Shown piece by piece: positions 17,585-27,128 of a DNA stretch of 64,000 nucleotides. Position numbers and translations under genes: made by a program. Within the stretch, counting starts at the first letter, position 1, and every line of letters starts with the position of its first letter. Under the pieces are notes generated by a model that saw only the letters and a program-made list of their open reading frames with translations, was not told the DNA's origin and ran no database searches. Origin of the DNA: an uncultured Candidatus Saccharibacteria bacterium (GTDB lineage: Bacteria; Patescibacteriota; Minisyncoccia; Phycocordibacterales; Phycocordibacteraceae). The stretch lies in assembly GCA_964638585.1 (NCBI GenBank), contig CAZXAN010000002.1:73291-137290 (forward strand), given 5' to 3'.

Positions 17585-18951
17585 GACCCTTTCACAGCCT
17601 CGTTTGTGCTTAGGAGAGTATCAATACGATTCATATCGCGAGGGAATGGTGTCGCTTCTTTCACATTCGGTATCTCTAACATTCGTGCTGTGAATCGTTC
17701 AACGCCTGTTGATGAGCCTCCGTGTGGTGGCATCCCATATTTAAATGCTTGTAAGTAGAAAGAGAATTTTTCTGGATCAAGCTTCCTGCTCTTCATCCTA
17801 GAAATCAGGTCATCATAATTATGAATGCGCTGTGCTCCGCTATTTATCTCAAGACCTCTGAAGAGGAGATCAAAGCCACGCGAGTACGGCGCTTCCGTCG
17901 GGTCTTCGTAGGTATAAAACGCCCGTTTGGCGGTTGGGTATCTCGTGATGAATACAAAATCAGAGCTGAGATGCTTCTTTGCATATTCGCAGATTTGTTT
18001 CTCGTCATCAGGTGCCATATCGTTCGTGTCTTCAATAGTTCTGTTGAACTCCTTGGCAATAATCTCGTGTGCCTCGTTCAGTGTGAAAACAGGAATAGAA
18101 TCTGGGATGAGTGGAAGCGAAGAGCCGAAACGAGCGAACATGTCCGAGTGCTTCTCGCCCACTGCCTGTACTGTGTCGCGTATAGCGTTTTCAAGCACCT
18201 GCATAGGCTCTCGCTCGTTCTCTATAAAACCCATTTCAAAATCTAGACAGGTGGCCTCGCTCATGTGGCGTGTCGTCGCACTCTTCTCAGCGCGGAATAT
18301 TTTAGCTACGGTAAAGGCTCTCTCAAAGACTCCGACCATTATTTGTTTATAAAATTGCGGTGAAGTGGCGAGATATGCTGTCTTGTCGTTATAGTAATCA
18401 ACCTTGAACACGGCGGCTCCGCCCTCGGCGTCGCCGCCCACGAGTGCCGGTGCTTGGAACTCGGTAAAGCCCTGTCTCTGTAACGACTGTCGGTACGCAT
18501 CTACTATCGTCGCCTGTAGCGTGAACATGTCGCGACTGCGGTTACTGCGGAGCGTAAAGGGTCGATAATCAAACAGTGTGTCCAGATTAACTTCAGTATC
18601 TTTTTCAAACGGCAATTCCTGCGCTTGCGAGAGCACAGTGATGGTTGTTACCTCAAGCTCCACTCCGCCATTCAACCCTTCAACTCGCATTTTCTCCGGT
18701 CTCTCGTTTACTATCCCCCCAACCTGAACTACCCACTCGGGTCGCAGAGTCTGCGCGGTGGTAACCGCCTCGGCATGGTTTGGCAGGCATACAGCCTGGA
18801 CCTTCCCCGACCTATCGCGAATGTCCAAAAAAACTAGCTTCCCATGGTCCCTCCTCACATCCACCCAGCCACTAATGGATACCGTCTCGCTAACGTGACC
18901 AGCCAACTCTCCAATAAGTATTCGTTCCATAATTTGATTATGCCACACCAA
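17581..18951 (-). CDS. aspS: Aspartate--tRNA ligase, archaeal/eukaryal type (short form, possibly non-discriminating)
   Basis: N-terminal OB fold (GWVDVRRDHGKLVFLDIRDRSG). Class II motif FRAEKSATTRHMSEATCLDFEMGF is of the type-2 AspRS kind. 456 aa. Confidence 0.75.
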   Translation of the reverse strand: MVWHNQIMERILIGELAGHVSETVSISGWVDVRRDHGKLVFLDIRDRSGKVQAVCLPNHAEAVTTAQTLRPEWVVQVGGIVNERPEKMRVEGLNGGVELEVTTITVLSQAQELPFEKDTEVNLDTLFDYRPFTLRSNRSRDMFTLQATIVDAYRQSLQRQGFTEFQAPALVGGDAEGGAAVFKVDYYNDKTAYLATSPQFYKQIMVGVFERAFTVAKIFRAEKSATTRHMSEATCLDFEMGFIENEREPMQVLENAIRDTVQAVGEKHSDMFARFGSSLPLIPDSIPVFTLNEAHEIIAKEFNRTIEDTNDMAPDDEKQICEYAKKHLSSDFVFITRYPTAKRAFYTYEDPTEAPYSRGFDLLFRGLEINSGAQRIHNYDDLISRMKSRKLDPEKFSFYLQAFKYGMPPHGGSSTGVERFTARMLEIPNVKEATPFPRDMNRIDTLLSTNEAVKGS

Positions 18952-19897
18952 TTGCCTTTCTTACTTCTTCCATCTTGGCTTCAGAGACTGCGCGGGCTTC
19001 GCGCTTCCCTTTTTCTAACACTTCCTCAACAATACTGGAGTCGTTTTTTAGCTCCTCATATTTCGCATTCATGGGCGCGAGATAGCGCTCTAGGTCTACT
19101 ATCAACATTTCTTTCAACTTTTTATAATTCCCCTCATGCTCGGCATACACCTGCTCCAGCTCCTGCTCACTGCGCACTAATTTATGTATCTGGAACACAT
19201 TTTCTGGGCGACTGCCGCTAGAGTCTGTCACTATGCCCATCACAGCTTTCACCAATTCATCATGCGAGGCGAATAGTGGAATTACGTTGCCGTAGCTTTT
19301 GCTCATCTTCTGCCCGTCTGTTCCCGGTACTATCGCTACTTCTGGCATAATATACGGTTCTGGCAATTTGAAAACTTCAGTCTTGTAGACACGATTAAAC
19401 TTCTCGGCGGTGTCGCGAGCTATCTCTATGTGTTGTTTCTGGTCGGCGCCCACCGGAACGACTGCTGTGTCGTACAAGAGGATATCAGCCGCCATTAGCA
19501 TGGGGTAATTAAAAGTCCCGACGCTTATATCTTTGCTCTTGGCCTCGGCATCTTTAAACGCGTGTGCGCGCATGAGGTACGGCATCGTCGTGATGGTGTC
19601 AAAAATCCATGCGAGCTCGGTGTGCGCTGGCACGTCTGATTGCTTAAAAAAGACTACTTCTTTTGGATCCAAACCAACAGCGATATATGCCATCACCAGC
19701 TCGCGAGTTCTACGACGCATTTCTTCTGCGTCCTGCATTGTGTTTAGCGCGTGATAATCCGCTACAAATATAAATGGTCTGTATTTGCCCTCTTTTGTCA
19801 GCTCTACAATCTGACGCATGGCGCCGAAGTAGTTGCCGATATGCAGGTCGCCGGTGGGTTTAATCCCCGAGACTAGAACAGGCTTTTCGTTACTCAT
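18938..19897 (-). CDS. trpS: Tryptophan--tRNA ligase. The ORF track extends to 19981; the start is more likely MSNEKPVL at 19897.
   Basis: GIKPTGDLHIGNY is a HIGH-like motif. KMSKSYGN. Length about 320 aa. Confidence 0.85.
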   Translation of the reverse strand: MSNEKPVLVSGIKPTGDLHIGNYFGAMRQIVELTKEGKYRPFIFVADYHALNTMQDAEEMRRRTRELVMAYIAVGLDPKEVVFFKQSDVPAHTELAWIFDTITTMPYLMRAHAFKDAEAKSKDISVGTFNYPMLMAADILLYDTAVVPVGADQKQHIEIARDTAEKFNRVYKTEVFKLPEPYIMPEVAIVPGTDGQKMSKSYGNVIPLFASHDELVKAVMGIVTDSSGSRPENVFQIHKLVRSEQELEQVYAEHEGNYKKLKEMLIVDLERYLAPMNAKYEELKNDSSIVEEVLEKGKREARAVSEAKMEEVRKAIGVA

Positions 19898-19995
19898 GGC
19901 TATAAGATACCATGCCTTGACACAATTGCGGAACGGCATAGTGTTACAGGTGGGTGCTGTTCTGGCATCATTGTTCGCCATCCTGAGGAGGAATT

Positions 19996-20115
19996 ATGGA
20001 GATTTTGGACAATTTAAAATCCGAATGGTCTATGCTCGAGCCGTGGGAAAGGATCCTGCTTTTGCTTGTGGCAATTGGTATCGGACTTTGGTTTTACGGC
20101 GGTTTTAGATTCTAA
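19996..20115 (+). CDS. 39-aa small membrane peptide (MEILDNLKSEWSMLEPWERILLLLVAIGIGLWFYGGFRF)
   Basis: Strong SD GAGGAGG 6 nt upstream of the ATG. One TM helix. Followed by a perfect terminator hairpin. Not in the ORF track because it is under 60 aa. Confidence 0.4.
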   Translation: MEILDNLKSEWSMLEPWERILLLLVAIGIGLWFYGGFRF

Positions 20116-20123
20116 CCGCAATC

Positions 20124-20158
20124 GCGCCGCTCGTTCCCACGAGCGGCGCTGCTGTTTT
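20124..20158 (+). terminator. Intrinsic terminator GCGCCGCTCGT-TCCC-ACGAGCGGCGC followed by TGCTGTTTT
   Basis: 11-bp perfect GC-rich stem followed by a T-run. Confidence 0.5.
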
Positions 20159-20170
20159 CAATCTCTTGTA

Positions 20171-20256
20171 TGGTGCGCCGGGCAGGATTCGAACCTGCGT
20201 AGGCCGAAGCCGCATCGTTTACAGCGATGTGTAATTGACCACTCTACCACCGACGC
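20171..20256 (-). tRNA. tRNA-Tyr (anticodon GTA), class II with a long variable arm; CCA is encoded
   Basis: Hand fold of the minus-strand sequence GCGTCGG-TG-GTAG-AGTGGTCAA-TTAC-A-CATCG-CTGTAAA-CGATG-CGGCTTCGGCCTAC-GCAGG-TTCGAAT-CCTGC-CCGGCGC-A-CCA. The acceptor stem is 7 bp with one G-U pair, and the T-loop is TTCGAAT. Confidence 0.85.
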
Positions 20257-20440
20257 AATGGCACCCACTCACTATAACGGACTTCGGGATTATTTCAAAA
20301 TGATGGATATCGTAAGTCCATCATTTGCTATTTTGCTTTCTTTTGCTAGCATCACTCTGGATTGCTCCCAAATGATCTGGCATGGTGCCAGGCTCCTAGA
20401 TTCTTAGGTTTAATGAGCAACAGGGAGAAGTGTCGTGAGA

Positions 20441-21055
20441 ATGAAGCCGTGGGATAAAGTTACTTTGACATGGGACTGCTATGGAACGGGAATAAGCACG
20501 AGCGTGTGCCTTGATGGCAAATTTAATCCCAACGCCACCGACCCAGAAGTCTATAACTCCAAAGCGGAGGAGCAAGTTCATGGCTTGTTCCAAATGCAAA
20601 TCATCTCGTTGCCGCGCGAACGGGATGACGGCCAGCGAAAAGGCGAGATTATTCTCGACATACGGCGCAAGTCTGGGGCGAATGTCGCACCTAACTCGAA
20701 GGCACTGGTGAAGTTTCTTGAGGCCAGGCTCAGTCCGCGGGTATCAACAAAACGGCCGTTGTCTAACGAGTACGGAGTGAGTGTCCAGCCTCCCGCAACA
20801 AAAAGCTGGGCGGACACGAAATTCACCCTGTCTTTCGTTCTCGCCAACAGCGAACAATTCTGCGACACGGCAATCGAAATCGGTCGTGGAGTATTCGAGG
20901 CTCTGGGTATTCATGACGAGTCAGGTATCTATCTCACTGGATTCTCTCTGAAACGCGAGACCTTCGTGAAGCTTGACGGGTCATGGATAACGTTTGAAAA
21001 CGGTTTACGCATTAGTCACCGTTTGCCGATTTGGGGCCCTGAAGATAATTCGTGA
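20441..21055 (+). CDS. Hypothetical protein of about 205 aa, sitting between tRNA-Tyr and tyrS. The ORF track begins 6 nt earlier, at 20435.
   Basis: No recognisable motifs. GGGAGA RBS upstream. Own terminator downstream. Confidence 0.45.
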   Translation: MKPWDKVTLTWDCYGTGISTSVCLDGKFNPNATDPEVYNSKAEEQVHGLFQMQIISLPRERDDGQRKGEIILDIRRKSGANVAPNSKALVKFLEARLSPRVSTKRPLSNEYGVSVQPPATKSWADTKFTLSFVLANSEQFCDTAIEIGRGVFEALGIHDESGIYLTGFSLKRETFVKLDGSWITFENGLRISHRLPIWGPEDNS

Positions 21056-21082
21056 GGTTAGTGCGTTCATACTGCATCGTTA

Positions 21083-21110
21083 AGGCCCCGCTTCGGTGGG
21101 GCTTTTCCTA
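21083..21110 (+). terminator. Intrinsic terminator GGCCCCGCTTCGGTGGGGC followed by TTTTCCTATTTTC
   Basis: GC hairpin with a TTCG-type loop and a T-run. Confidence 0.5.
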
Positions 21111-21146
21111 TTTTCATTTCAAAACGAGCCCAGCACTAAACCTGAT

Positions 21147-22400
21147 TTAGTGCTGGGCGAGGATGAGGACGCCCTGCTTACCACGACGAACGAGGGCGTA
21201 GCCATGCGAGAGATCGCCAGCAAATATTTTTTGGTCCGGGTCGGTAATGGGTAGGCCTGAGAGCGTGATGCCCTTCCCTTCTATCAGCCTACGCGCGTCA
21301 GACTTTGACGTGGCAAGTCCTCCAGCAACAAGAGCTTCGGCGAGTGAGGAGCCGTCTGCAACATCTTTTTTACTTAGCATGACAGACGGTGCTTCTGCGA
21401 GCGCGACTGCAATGGCCTCTCGCGATAGCTCATGAAATGGAGTATCGCCAAACAGAGCGTCGCTTGCCGCGGCGGCCTGGGCAGTATTCGCAGGACCGTG
21501 CACTATCTCGGTCACAAGTCTTGCCAGAGTTTCTTGTGCTTGTCTCTCTCCCGGGTTTCTATTATGCAATTCCATTAGTGCAGAAATCTCTGCTAGCGGG
21601 AGAAATGTGTACACCTTAAGATACTTCTCAATATTGGTATCAGGTAAGTTTATCCAGAATTGGTAAAAACTGAATGGCGATGTCTTTTTTGCATCCAGCC
21701 AGATGGCATTACCCTCGCTCTTGCCGAATTTCTTGCCAGATGCGTCAGTCGTGAGCGGGAATGCAAATGCGTAGACATCTTTACCAAGACGTTTATGGAT
21801 TAGGTCAACGCCAGAGAGCACATTAGTCCACTGATCAGATCCGCCGATTTGCAAATCAACCCCGTACTTCTGATGAAGAGTGTAATAATCAAGGCCTTGG
21901 AGGAGTGCGTAGGTGAATTCTGTGTATGAAATACTGTCGTCCGGATTATCAAGACGCTTTTTTATCACTTCCCGTTTGATTAGATCATTTACTGTAAAAT
22001 ATTTACCAACATCTCTGAGAAAAGGTAGGAGGCGCTCCTTGGCTAGCCAATCAGAGTTATCAACCATTCGGAATGATGCGCCACGCAAAATGTTCTTCAA
22101 CTGCTTTTCTAGCGCACGCGTGTTCGTGGCGACTGTCTTTTCATCAAGCATTATTCGTTCACCCCTCTCCTTTGGGTCACCGATCATACCAGTACCGCCA
22201 CCAACAAGGAATACAAGTTTGTGTCCAGCTTCTCCAATACGTCTCATCAGGAGCACCCACGTTAGATGTCCGACATGAAGAGAGTCGGCTGTTGGGTCAA
22301 CTCCGACATACACAGTGCGCGGAACTGAAAGTATCTTCTCTGGCTCGGTAGACGAGTGTTCTATTAGCCCGCGTGCTTTTAGTTCTTCTGCGAGTGTCAT
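21147..22400 (-). CDS. tyrS: Tyrosine--tRNA ligase with a C-terminal S4 domain. Start at MTLAEEL (22400).
   Basis: HIGH region (DPTADSLHVGHL), KMSKS-like KFGKSEGN, and a C-terminal S4-like segment. Confidence 0.9.
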   Translation of the reverse strand: MTLAEELKARGLIEHSSTEPEKILSVPRTVYVGVDPTADSLHVGHLTWVLLMRRIGEAGHKLVFLVGGGTGMIGDPKERGERIMLDEKTVATNTRALEKQLKNILRGASFRMVDNSDWLAKERLLPFLRDVGKYFTVNDLIKREVIKKRLDNPDDSISYTEFTYALLQGLDYYTLHQKYGVDLQIGGSDQWTNVLSGVDLIHKRLGKDVYAFAFPLTTDASGKKFGKSEGNAIWLDAKKTSPFSFYQFWINLPDTNIEKYLKVYTFLPLAEISALMELHNRNPGERQAQETLARLVTEIVHGPANTAQAAAASDALFGDTPFHELSREAIAVALAEAPSVMLSKKDVADGSSLAEALVAGGLATSKSDARRLIEGKGITLSGLPITDPDQKIFAGDLSHGYALVRRGKQGVLILAQH

Positions 22401-22428
22401 GTTGAAAATCATACCACACAGAGCAAAA

Positions 22429-22488
22429 CAAGGAGACACCTCGCTGCGAGGGCTTGCAAAATACGCAAGGAGACACCTCGCTGCGAGG
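22429..22488. repeat. Perfect 23-bp tandem direct repeat CAAGGAGACACCTCGCTGCGAGG, two copies with a 37-bp period, in the 90-bp tyrS leader
   Basis: Both copies read directly (22429-22451 and 22466-22488). Each contains a small CCTCG-N3-CGAGG hairpin. A partial third copy (CACCTTGCGAGG) follows. Confidence 0.6.
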
Positions 22489-22490
22489 AG

Positions 22491-23015
22491 TCACCTTGCG
22501 AGGAAAAAGAGGCCGACGGCAGGGGCGATGAACCACCAGAAGAAGTACTTGACCGGCGCGAATAGCGCCGCGACAGCCGGCGTGAACTTATACACCTCCG
22601 CTACAGGGAACACGTTGAAGGCGAGAGCCATGAGAAACGTCGCACCGAGGAGGGATAAAATTATAGTGCCGAATATGCCGACATAGAGAAAGTCAGACAC
22701 TACTACTCTGCGCAAAATAATATAAAAAACTAGAGTGAGTCCCGCATAGAGAGCAACTTGAGCGAGAAGAGCGGTCATAGCTGGCGCGGTCGGCAGATAT
22801 GACATAAACGGGAATGCCGCGAAGACAGCATAGCCGGCATAAAACGCGATAAGAATAGAGACGAGTGTCGCGCGCCCGATGTACCAAGCGAAAAGAAACA
22901 AAACTCCAAACAGAATTATTACAATAAGAAAATCGCTCACACTATTCCACGCCGTAGAGGCATAACTTGTTGCCAATTTGCCTACCTGCGCTATTGCTTC
23001 CGTACTTGTTGGCAT
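22491..23015 (-). CDS. Polytopic membrane protein, hypothetical
   Basis: About five hydrophobic helices. No motif recognised. Confidence 0.5.
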   Translation of the reverse strand: MPTSTEAIAQVGKLATSYASTAWNSVSDFLIVIILFGVLFLFAWYIGRATLVSILIAFYAGYAVFAAFPFMSYLPTAPAMTALLAQVALYAGLTLVFYIILRRVVVSDFLYVGIFGTIILSLLGATFLMALAFNVFPVAEVYKFTPAVAALFAPVKYFFWWFIAPAVGLFFLAR

Positions 23016-23031
23016 TTATCCAGTATACAGG

Positions 23032-24135
23032 CTAGAGCCCTTCTGCTTTCAGCTCTTCAACAGTTTTGCGGGCTTTTCCCGAGAGTTTGTGAGGGAGGGC
23101 GACTTCCAAGTGGATGATGAGGTCGCCCCGAGAGCCGTCAACGGGGATGCCCTTGCCGGCGACGCGCAGTAATTCTTCTGCACGCTTCATCGGCGGGATT
23201 TTTACTTCCAACATTTTCCCTTCTAGCGTCTCTATCGGCACTATAGTCCCCAAAAGAGCGTCAGTGAGTTTAACAGGTAGCGTCATGATGAGATTCGCGC
23301 CGTCGCGGCGGAATGTCGCGTGTGGCTTCACGTGCACTTTGACATATAAATCTCCGGCGGTGCCGGTCTTGATTGCCTCACCCTGTTGAGTCATTCGTAT
23401 CATCTCGCCGTGGTCTATGCCGGCGGGGATATTTATCTTTATTTCTTCTTCGCGACGCTTCACGCCGTGACCCTTACACTCTGGACACTTTTCTTTCGGG
23501 ATCTTTCCGGCGCCGTCGCAGACGTTGCAGACGCGAACAGAAGTAAACTGCCCTAGAATAGAGTTGCGTGTCTCGTGAATCTTACCGCTACCATTGCAGA
23601 TCGTGCATTTGTCCAGCTCTGTGCCAACCTTCGCGCCATTGCCGCGGCAGAGTGTGCAGGTAGATACTTTTGCTATCAATACATTTCTGCTGGTGCCAAA
23701 GACGGCGTCTTTAAAAGAAACTTCAAGATCTATAGAGATATCGCGTCCGCGCGGCGCCTGCTGTCGGCCGCCGCGACCAGAGAATATGTCGCCAAAGATA
23801 TCACCAAAGTCGAATTCAGCGCCGCCCTGTCCACCGAAGCCTTGCTGGAACTGTGAGAAATCAAAGCCGCCAAACGGATTCCCTGCTCCCCCTCCGCCTG
23901 CCGATGGGCCACGCCCTCCGGCAAACGCCTGGCCGTATGTATCATATTCTCTACGTTTCTTGTCATCACTTAAAACAGAATAGGCCTCGGTAATCTCCTT
24001 AAACTTAGCCTCGTCAGTACCTCCCTTGTCGGGGTGATATTTGTGCGCGAGCTTACGGAACGCTTTTTTAATATCGTCCGCCGTCGCCCTCTTATCTACT
24101 CCCAGCACGTTGTAATAATCCTTAGTTGTTGCCAT
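23032..24135 (-). CDS. dnaJ: Chaperone DnaJ
   Basis: J-domain with HPD (KYHPDKG), a G/F-rich region, and four CxxCxGxG zinc-finger repeats. Confidence 0.9.
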   Translation of the reverse strand: MATTKDYYNVLGVDKRATADDIKKAFRKLAHKYHPDKGGTDEAKFKEITEAYSVLSDDKKRREYDTYGQAFAGGRGPSAGGGGAGNPFGGFDFSQFQQGFGGQGGAEFDFGDIFGDIFSGRGGRQQAPRGRDISIDLEVSFKDAVFGTSRNVLIAKVSTCTLCRGNGAKVGTELDKCTICNGSGKIHETRNSILGQFTSVRVCNVCDGAGKIPKEKCPECKGHGVKRREEEIKINIPAGIDHGEMIRMTQQGEAIKTGTAGDLYVKVHVKPHATFRRDGANLIMTLPVKLTDALLGTIVPIETLEGKMLEVKIPPMKRAEELLRVAGKGIPVDGSRGDLIIHLEVALPHKLSGKARKTVEELKAEGL

Positions 24136-24190
24136 TTTTTCTTATTATACTCTCACTTCTTTTTGTATGCAAAACAAAGCGGCGGATGCC

Positions 24191-24502
24191 TTAGAATCCG
24201 ATTCCTAAATTATGCAGCGTGGGTAAGCCGAGAGCAAATAGATAAAAAATTAGTAAAATAAAAAATTCTATTCTATCTAGTTGATGCATGGCGCTTTTTT
24301 CACGAGCGTATCGCATTGCCAGGATTATAAAATACACGAGGAAAAATACATGACCTGCCAATATAGGCAGAGCCAAAAAAAGAAATGCGCCCCCTTCACC
24401 AGGACCGAGTGTTGATGACAGAAGGGTGAGCCCACCAATAAAGACCAAATAAATCATCGTCAGGACTAAAATAGCTTTCTTTTTTCCAGTAGTATCCGTC
24501 AT
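24191..24502 (-). CDS. Small membrane protein, hypothetical (103 aa, three TM), immediately upstream of dnaJ
   Basis: Hydrophobic. Co-oriented 55 bp upstream of dnaJ. Confidence 0.4.
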   Translation of the reverse strand: MTDTTGKKKAILVLTMIYLVFIGGLTLLSSTLGPGEGGAFLFLALPILAGHVFFLVYFIILAMRYAREKSAMHQLDRIEFFILLIFYLFALGLPTLHNLGIGF

Positions 24503-24705
24503 TATTTAGCAGTATATAGCATACAAACTCCTTCAACAAACTATGTGGGAGGCAAATGTACTTATAAGAGAATCAGGAGATGTTTGAAATGACGCCAGAG
24601 CTTCTGGTGTTGTGCGAGCGATAGCGAGACCGCGGAGCATGAGAAGGCCTTCTTCGTGGGCTTCAGATTGAAAATGTTCCTGCATTTGTAAATCTTGTCT
24701 AAAAA

Positions 24706-24750
24706 CGAATGTTCGTTATTTCTCACGGTCGTGTGAGATAACGAACATTT
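24706..24750. promoter_or_regulatory. Inverted repeat AATGTTCGTTATTTCTCAC-GGTCGT-GTGAGATAACGAACATT. CACGGTCGTG recurs 58 bp downstream and CACGGTT once between. Candidate operator for the downstream (minus-strand) membrane-protein/dnaJ unit.
   Basis: About 18-bp arms with a single 2-nt bulge. Decamer CACGGTCGTG at about 24724 and 24790. Confidence 0.4.
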
Positions 24751-24842
24751 GGTTTGCAAAACAAAAGTATCACGGTTATCCGCTATAACCCACGGTCGTG
24801 GCATATTGCGGATATGTGACACTATTACAGACAAAACAAAAC

Positions 24843-24862
24843 GGCGCGAGGTTCCCCGCGCC
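24843..24862 (-). terminator. Hairpin GGCGCG-AGGTTCCC-CGCGCC followed on the minus strand by TTTTGTTTTG. It terminates the dnaK/small-membrane-protein transcript.
   Basis: GC stem plus T-run on the minus strand. Confidence 0.4.
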
Positions 24863-24868
24863 ATTTGG

Positions 24869-25132
24869 CTATCTTGAATGCACTGCAGGTCGAGGGCTGA
24901 CGATAATCATGAATATCAGCCCGAAAAAATATGCGACCAGACCGAGGAAGAATTGCCAGTTGCCACCGGATATGGCTCCGAGTGTTACCGACGCAAGAGC
25001 TACCATAGGGAAACACATACCGGTTGTCCATTTCCCGGGACTCACTGTGTCCTCATACACTGCAAGTATTCCGATTGCAAAGCACGCCACGCTCCACACG
25101 AAAAAACTCATTTCAAGCACAGTCATGTTCAT
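24869..25132 (-). CDS. Small membrane protein (87 aa), hypothetical, directly downstream of dnaK
   Basis: Two to three TM helices. Followed by a terminator. Confidence 0.35.
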   Translation of the reverse strand: MNMTVLEMSFFVWSVACFAIGILAVYEDTVSPGKWTTGMCFPMVALASVTLGAISGGNWQFFLGLVAYFFGLIFMIIVSPRPAVHSR

Positions 25133-25181
25133 TCTCCTGATTATGATCCAGGGTATTTATAACATGGGGTGTAAGAATTTG

Positions 25182-27095
25182 CTATTTTTCTTTAAACTCG
25201 GCATCGGTAGGACCACTGGATTCTGGAGGCTGGTCGCTGGAGCCTGGAGTCCCGCCCGAGTCAGATCCGCCAGCTGGCGGAGATGGTGTCTCTGACTGCT
25301 TGGCCATTATCTCGCCAATCTTCATTAGAGCATACGAGAGCGTCTCAGTAGCAGTTTTGATAAGCGCCGCGTCTTCGCTCGCACGTGCAGTTTTAAGTGC
25401 GTCAATTTTGTCCTGTACATCTTTCACAACCTCTGCTCCCGCCTTCTCGCCATAATCTTTAATCGCCTTCTCGCCTGCATAGACTGCCTGGTCGGCAATG
25501 TTCCTCGCTTCTACAAGCGTCTTGCGCTTCTCATCTTCAGCCGAGTTCGCCTCTGCATCGGCCTTCATCTTCTCGATGTCTGCTTTTGAGAGTCCCGTTG
25601 ATCCTTCTATTCTTATTGACTGTTCTTTGCCACTAGCCTTCTCTTTGGCTTTTACAGTTAAGATACCGGACGCATCAATATCAAACGTCACCTCTACCTG
25701 TGGCATACCGCGAGGCGCCGGTGGAATACCGTCCAGCATAAATTTACCCAGTGACTTATTATCCGCGCTCATTGCGCGCTCGCCCTGCGTGATATGTATC
25801 TCTACTGACGCTTGATTATCCGCCGCGGTTGAAAAGGTTTGAGAACGCGAGGTCGGTATCGCTGTATTTCTCTCTACCAACTTGGTCGCGACGCCACCCA
25901 TAGTCTCTATAGATAGAGAAAGTGGGATGACATCAACAAGCAGAATATCCTTCACATCGCCTTGTAATATTCCAGCTTGAATCGCCGCACCGATAGCCAC
26001 GACCTCGTCGGGGTTTACGCTCATGTTAGGCTTCTTGCCAAAAAACTTCTCTACTTCTGTCTGGATTTTCGGCATTCTGGTCTGCCCGCCCACGAGTATT
26101 ACTTCGTTAATATCACCAATTTTAAACGGTGATGCCTCCATCGCGCGCTTTGTGATCGCCATTGCGCGATCAATAAATTCTCCCGCAAGGTCCTCAAGTT
26201 TCGCACGTGTCATCTTAATCAGTAGGTGTCTCGGCCCTGATGCATCTGATGTGAGAAATGGGATATTAATCTCTGTCTCCATTGCAGAAGAGAGCTCTAT
26301 CTTGGCTTTTTCAGCCGCTTCGTCCAAACGCTGTCTCGCTAGAGCATCAGTACGAACATCTATGCCGCTTTCCTTCTTAAACTCGTCCGCGAGCCAATTA
26401 ATAATTTTCTGATCAATGTCTTTACCTCCGAGGTGCGCATCGCCATCAGTGCTTTTTACTTCTATCACGTCTCCACCAACCTCCAGCACAGAGATGTCAA
26501 ACGTCCCTCCACCGAAGTCAAATACAGCAATCTTCTCGTCTTTCTTTTTGTTAAAACCGTATGCAAGCGCGGCAGCCGTCGGCTCGTTGATGATGCGCTT
26601 CACCGTGAGTCCAGCGATTTCCCCTGCAGCTTTTGTTGCACTTCGCTGATCATCGTTAAAGTATGCGGGCACCGTGATAACTGCCTCAGTAATCTTCTCT
26701 CCAAGCTTCGCTTCTGCGTCTGCCTTCAGCTTCCCGAGTATCATCGCCGAGATTTCTTCAGAGCGATACCACTTGTCAGTCATCTTAACTTCTACTCCGC
26801 CAGTGTCGCCCTTACGCATTTCAAATGGGACCACTGCCTTATCCTTCTGCACTTCTGCTTCGTCAAATGTGTGCCCAATAAATCTCTTTATTTGAAAGAT
26901 TGTGTTCAGAGGATTGGTAACAGACTGTCGCTTAGCGAGTGTGCCGACGACTCTCTCGCCATTCTTCCCTATCGCCACTATTGAAGGCGTCGTGCGAGCG
27001 CCTTCGGCGTTCTCTAAGACGCGTGGCTCGCCACCCTCTACGATAGCCATAGCCGAGTTAGTTGTACCCAAATCTATTCCGAGAATTTTTGACAT
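25182..27095 (-). CDS. dnaK: Chaperone DnaK (Hsp70)
   Basis: [11 protein letters not shown]..., DLGGGTFD, and the full Hsp70 length. Confidence 0.95.
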   Translation of the reverse strand: MSKILGIDLGTTNSAMAIVEGGEPRVLENAEGARTTPSIVAIGKNGERVVGTLAKRQSVTNPLNTIFQIKRFIGHTFDEAEVQKDKAVVPFEMRKGDTGGVEVKMTDKWYRSEEISAMILGKLKADAEAKLGEKITEAVITVPAYFNDDQRSATKAAGEIAGLTVKRIINEPTAAALAYGFNKKKDEKIAVFDFGGGTFDISVLEVGGDVIEVKSTDGDAHLGGKDIDQKIINWLADEFKKESGIDVRTDALARQRLDEAAEKAKIELSSAMETEINIPFLTSDASGPRHLLIKMTRAKLEDLAGEFIDRAMAITKRAMEASPFKIGDINEVILVGGQTRMPKIQTEVEKFFGKKPNMSVNPDEVVAIGAAIQAGILQGDVKDILLVDVIPLSLSIETMGGVATKLVERNTAIPTSRSQTFSTAADNQASVEIHITQGERAMSADNKSLGKFMLDGIPPAPRGMPQVEVTFDIDASGILTVKAKEKASGKEQSIRIEGSTGLSKADIEKMKADAEANSAEDEKRKTLVEARNIADQAVYAGEKAIKDYGEKAGAEVVKDVQDKIDALKTARASEDAALIKTATETLSYALMKIGEIMAKQSETPSPPAGGSDSGGTPGSSDQPPESSGPTDAEFKEK

Positions 27096-27128
27096 AAATT
27101 AAAAAATTACTAGCTAATAATACGCTTT

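Noticed and set aside
20066-20407. 113-aa ORF on the plus strand
   Set aside because: It overlaps the tRNA-Tyr gene and its terminator region. It has a TTG start, no RBS, and the composition of random sequence. Spurious.
22401-22490. T-box riboswitch upstream of tyrS
   Set aside because: The leader is only about 90 nt and lacks the T-box consensus (AATTAGGGTGGNACCGCG) and a specifier-loop architecture. The repeats were reported instead as an unexplained direct repeat.
25498-27102. Several plus-strand ORFs (25498-25815, 26023-26412, 26433-26984, 26902-27102)
   Set aside because: All lie antisense inside the highly conserved dnaK coding sequence. These are typical shadow ORFs of a GC-balanced gene.
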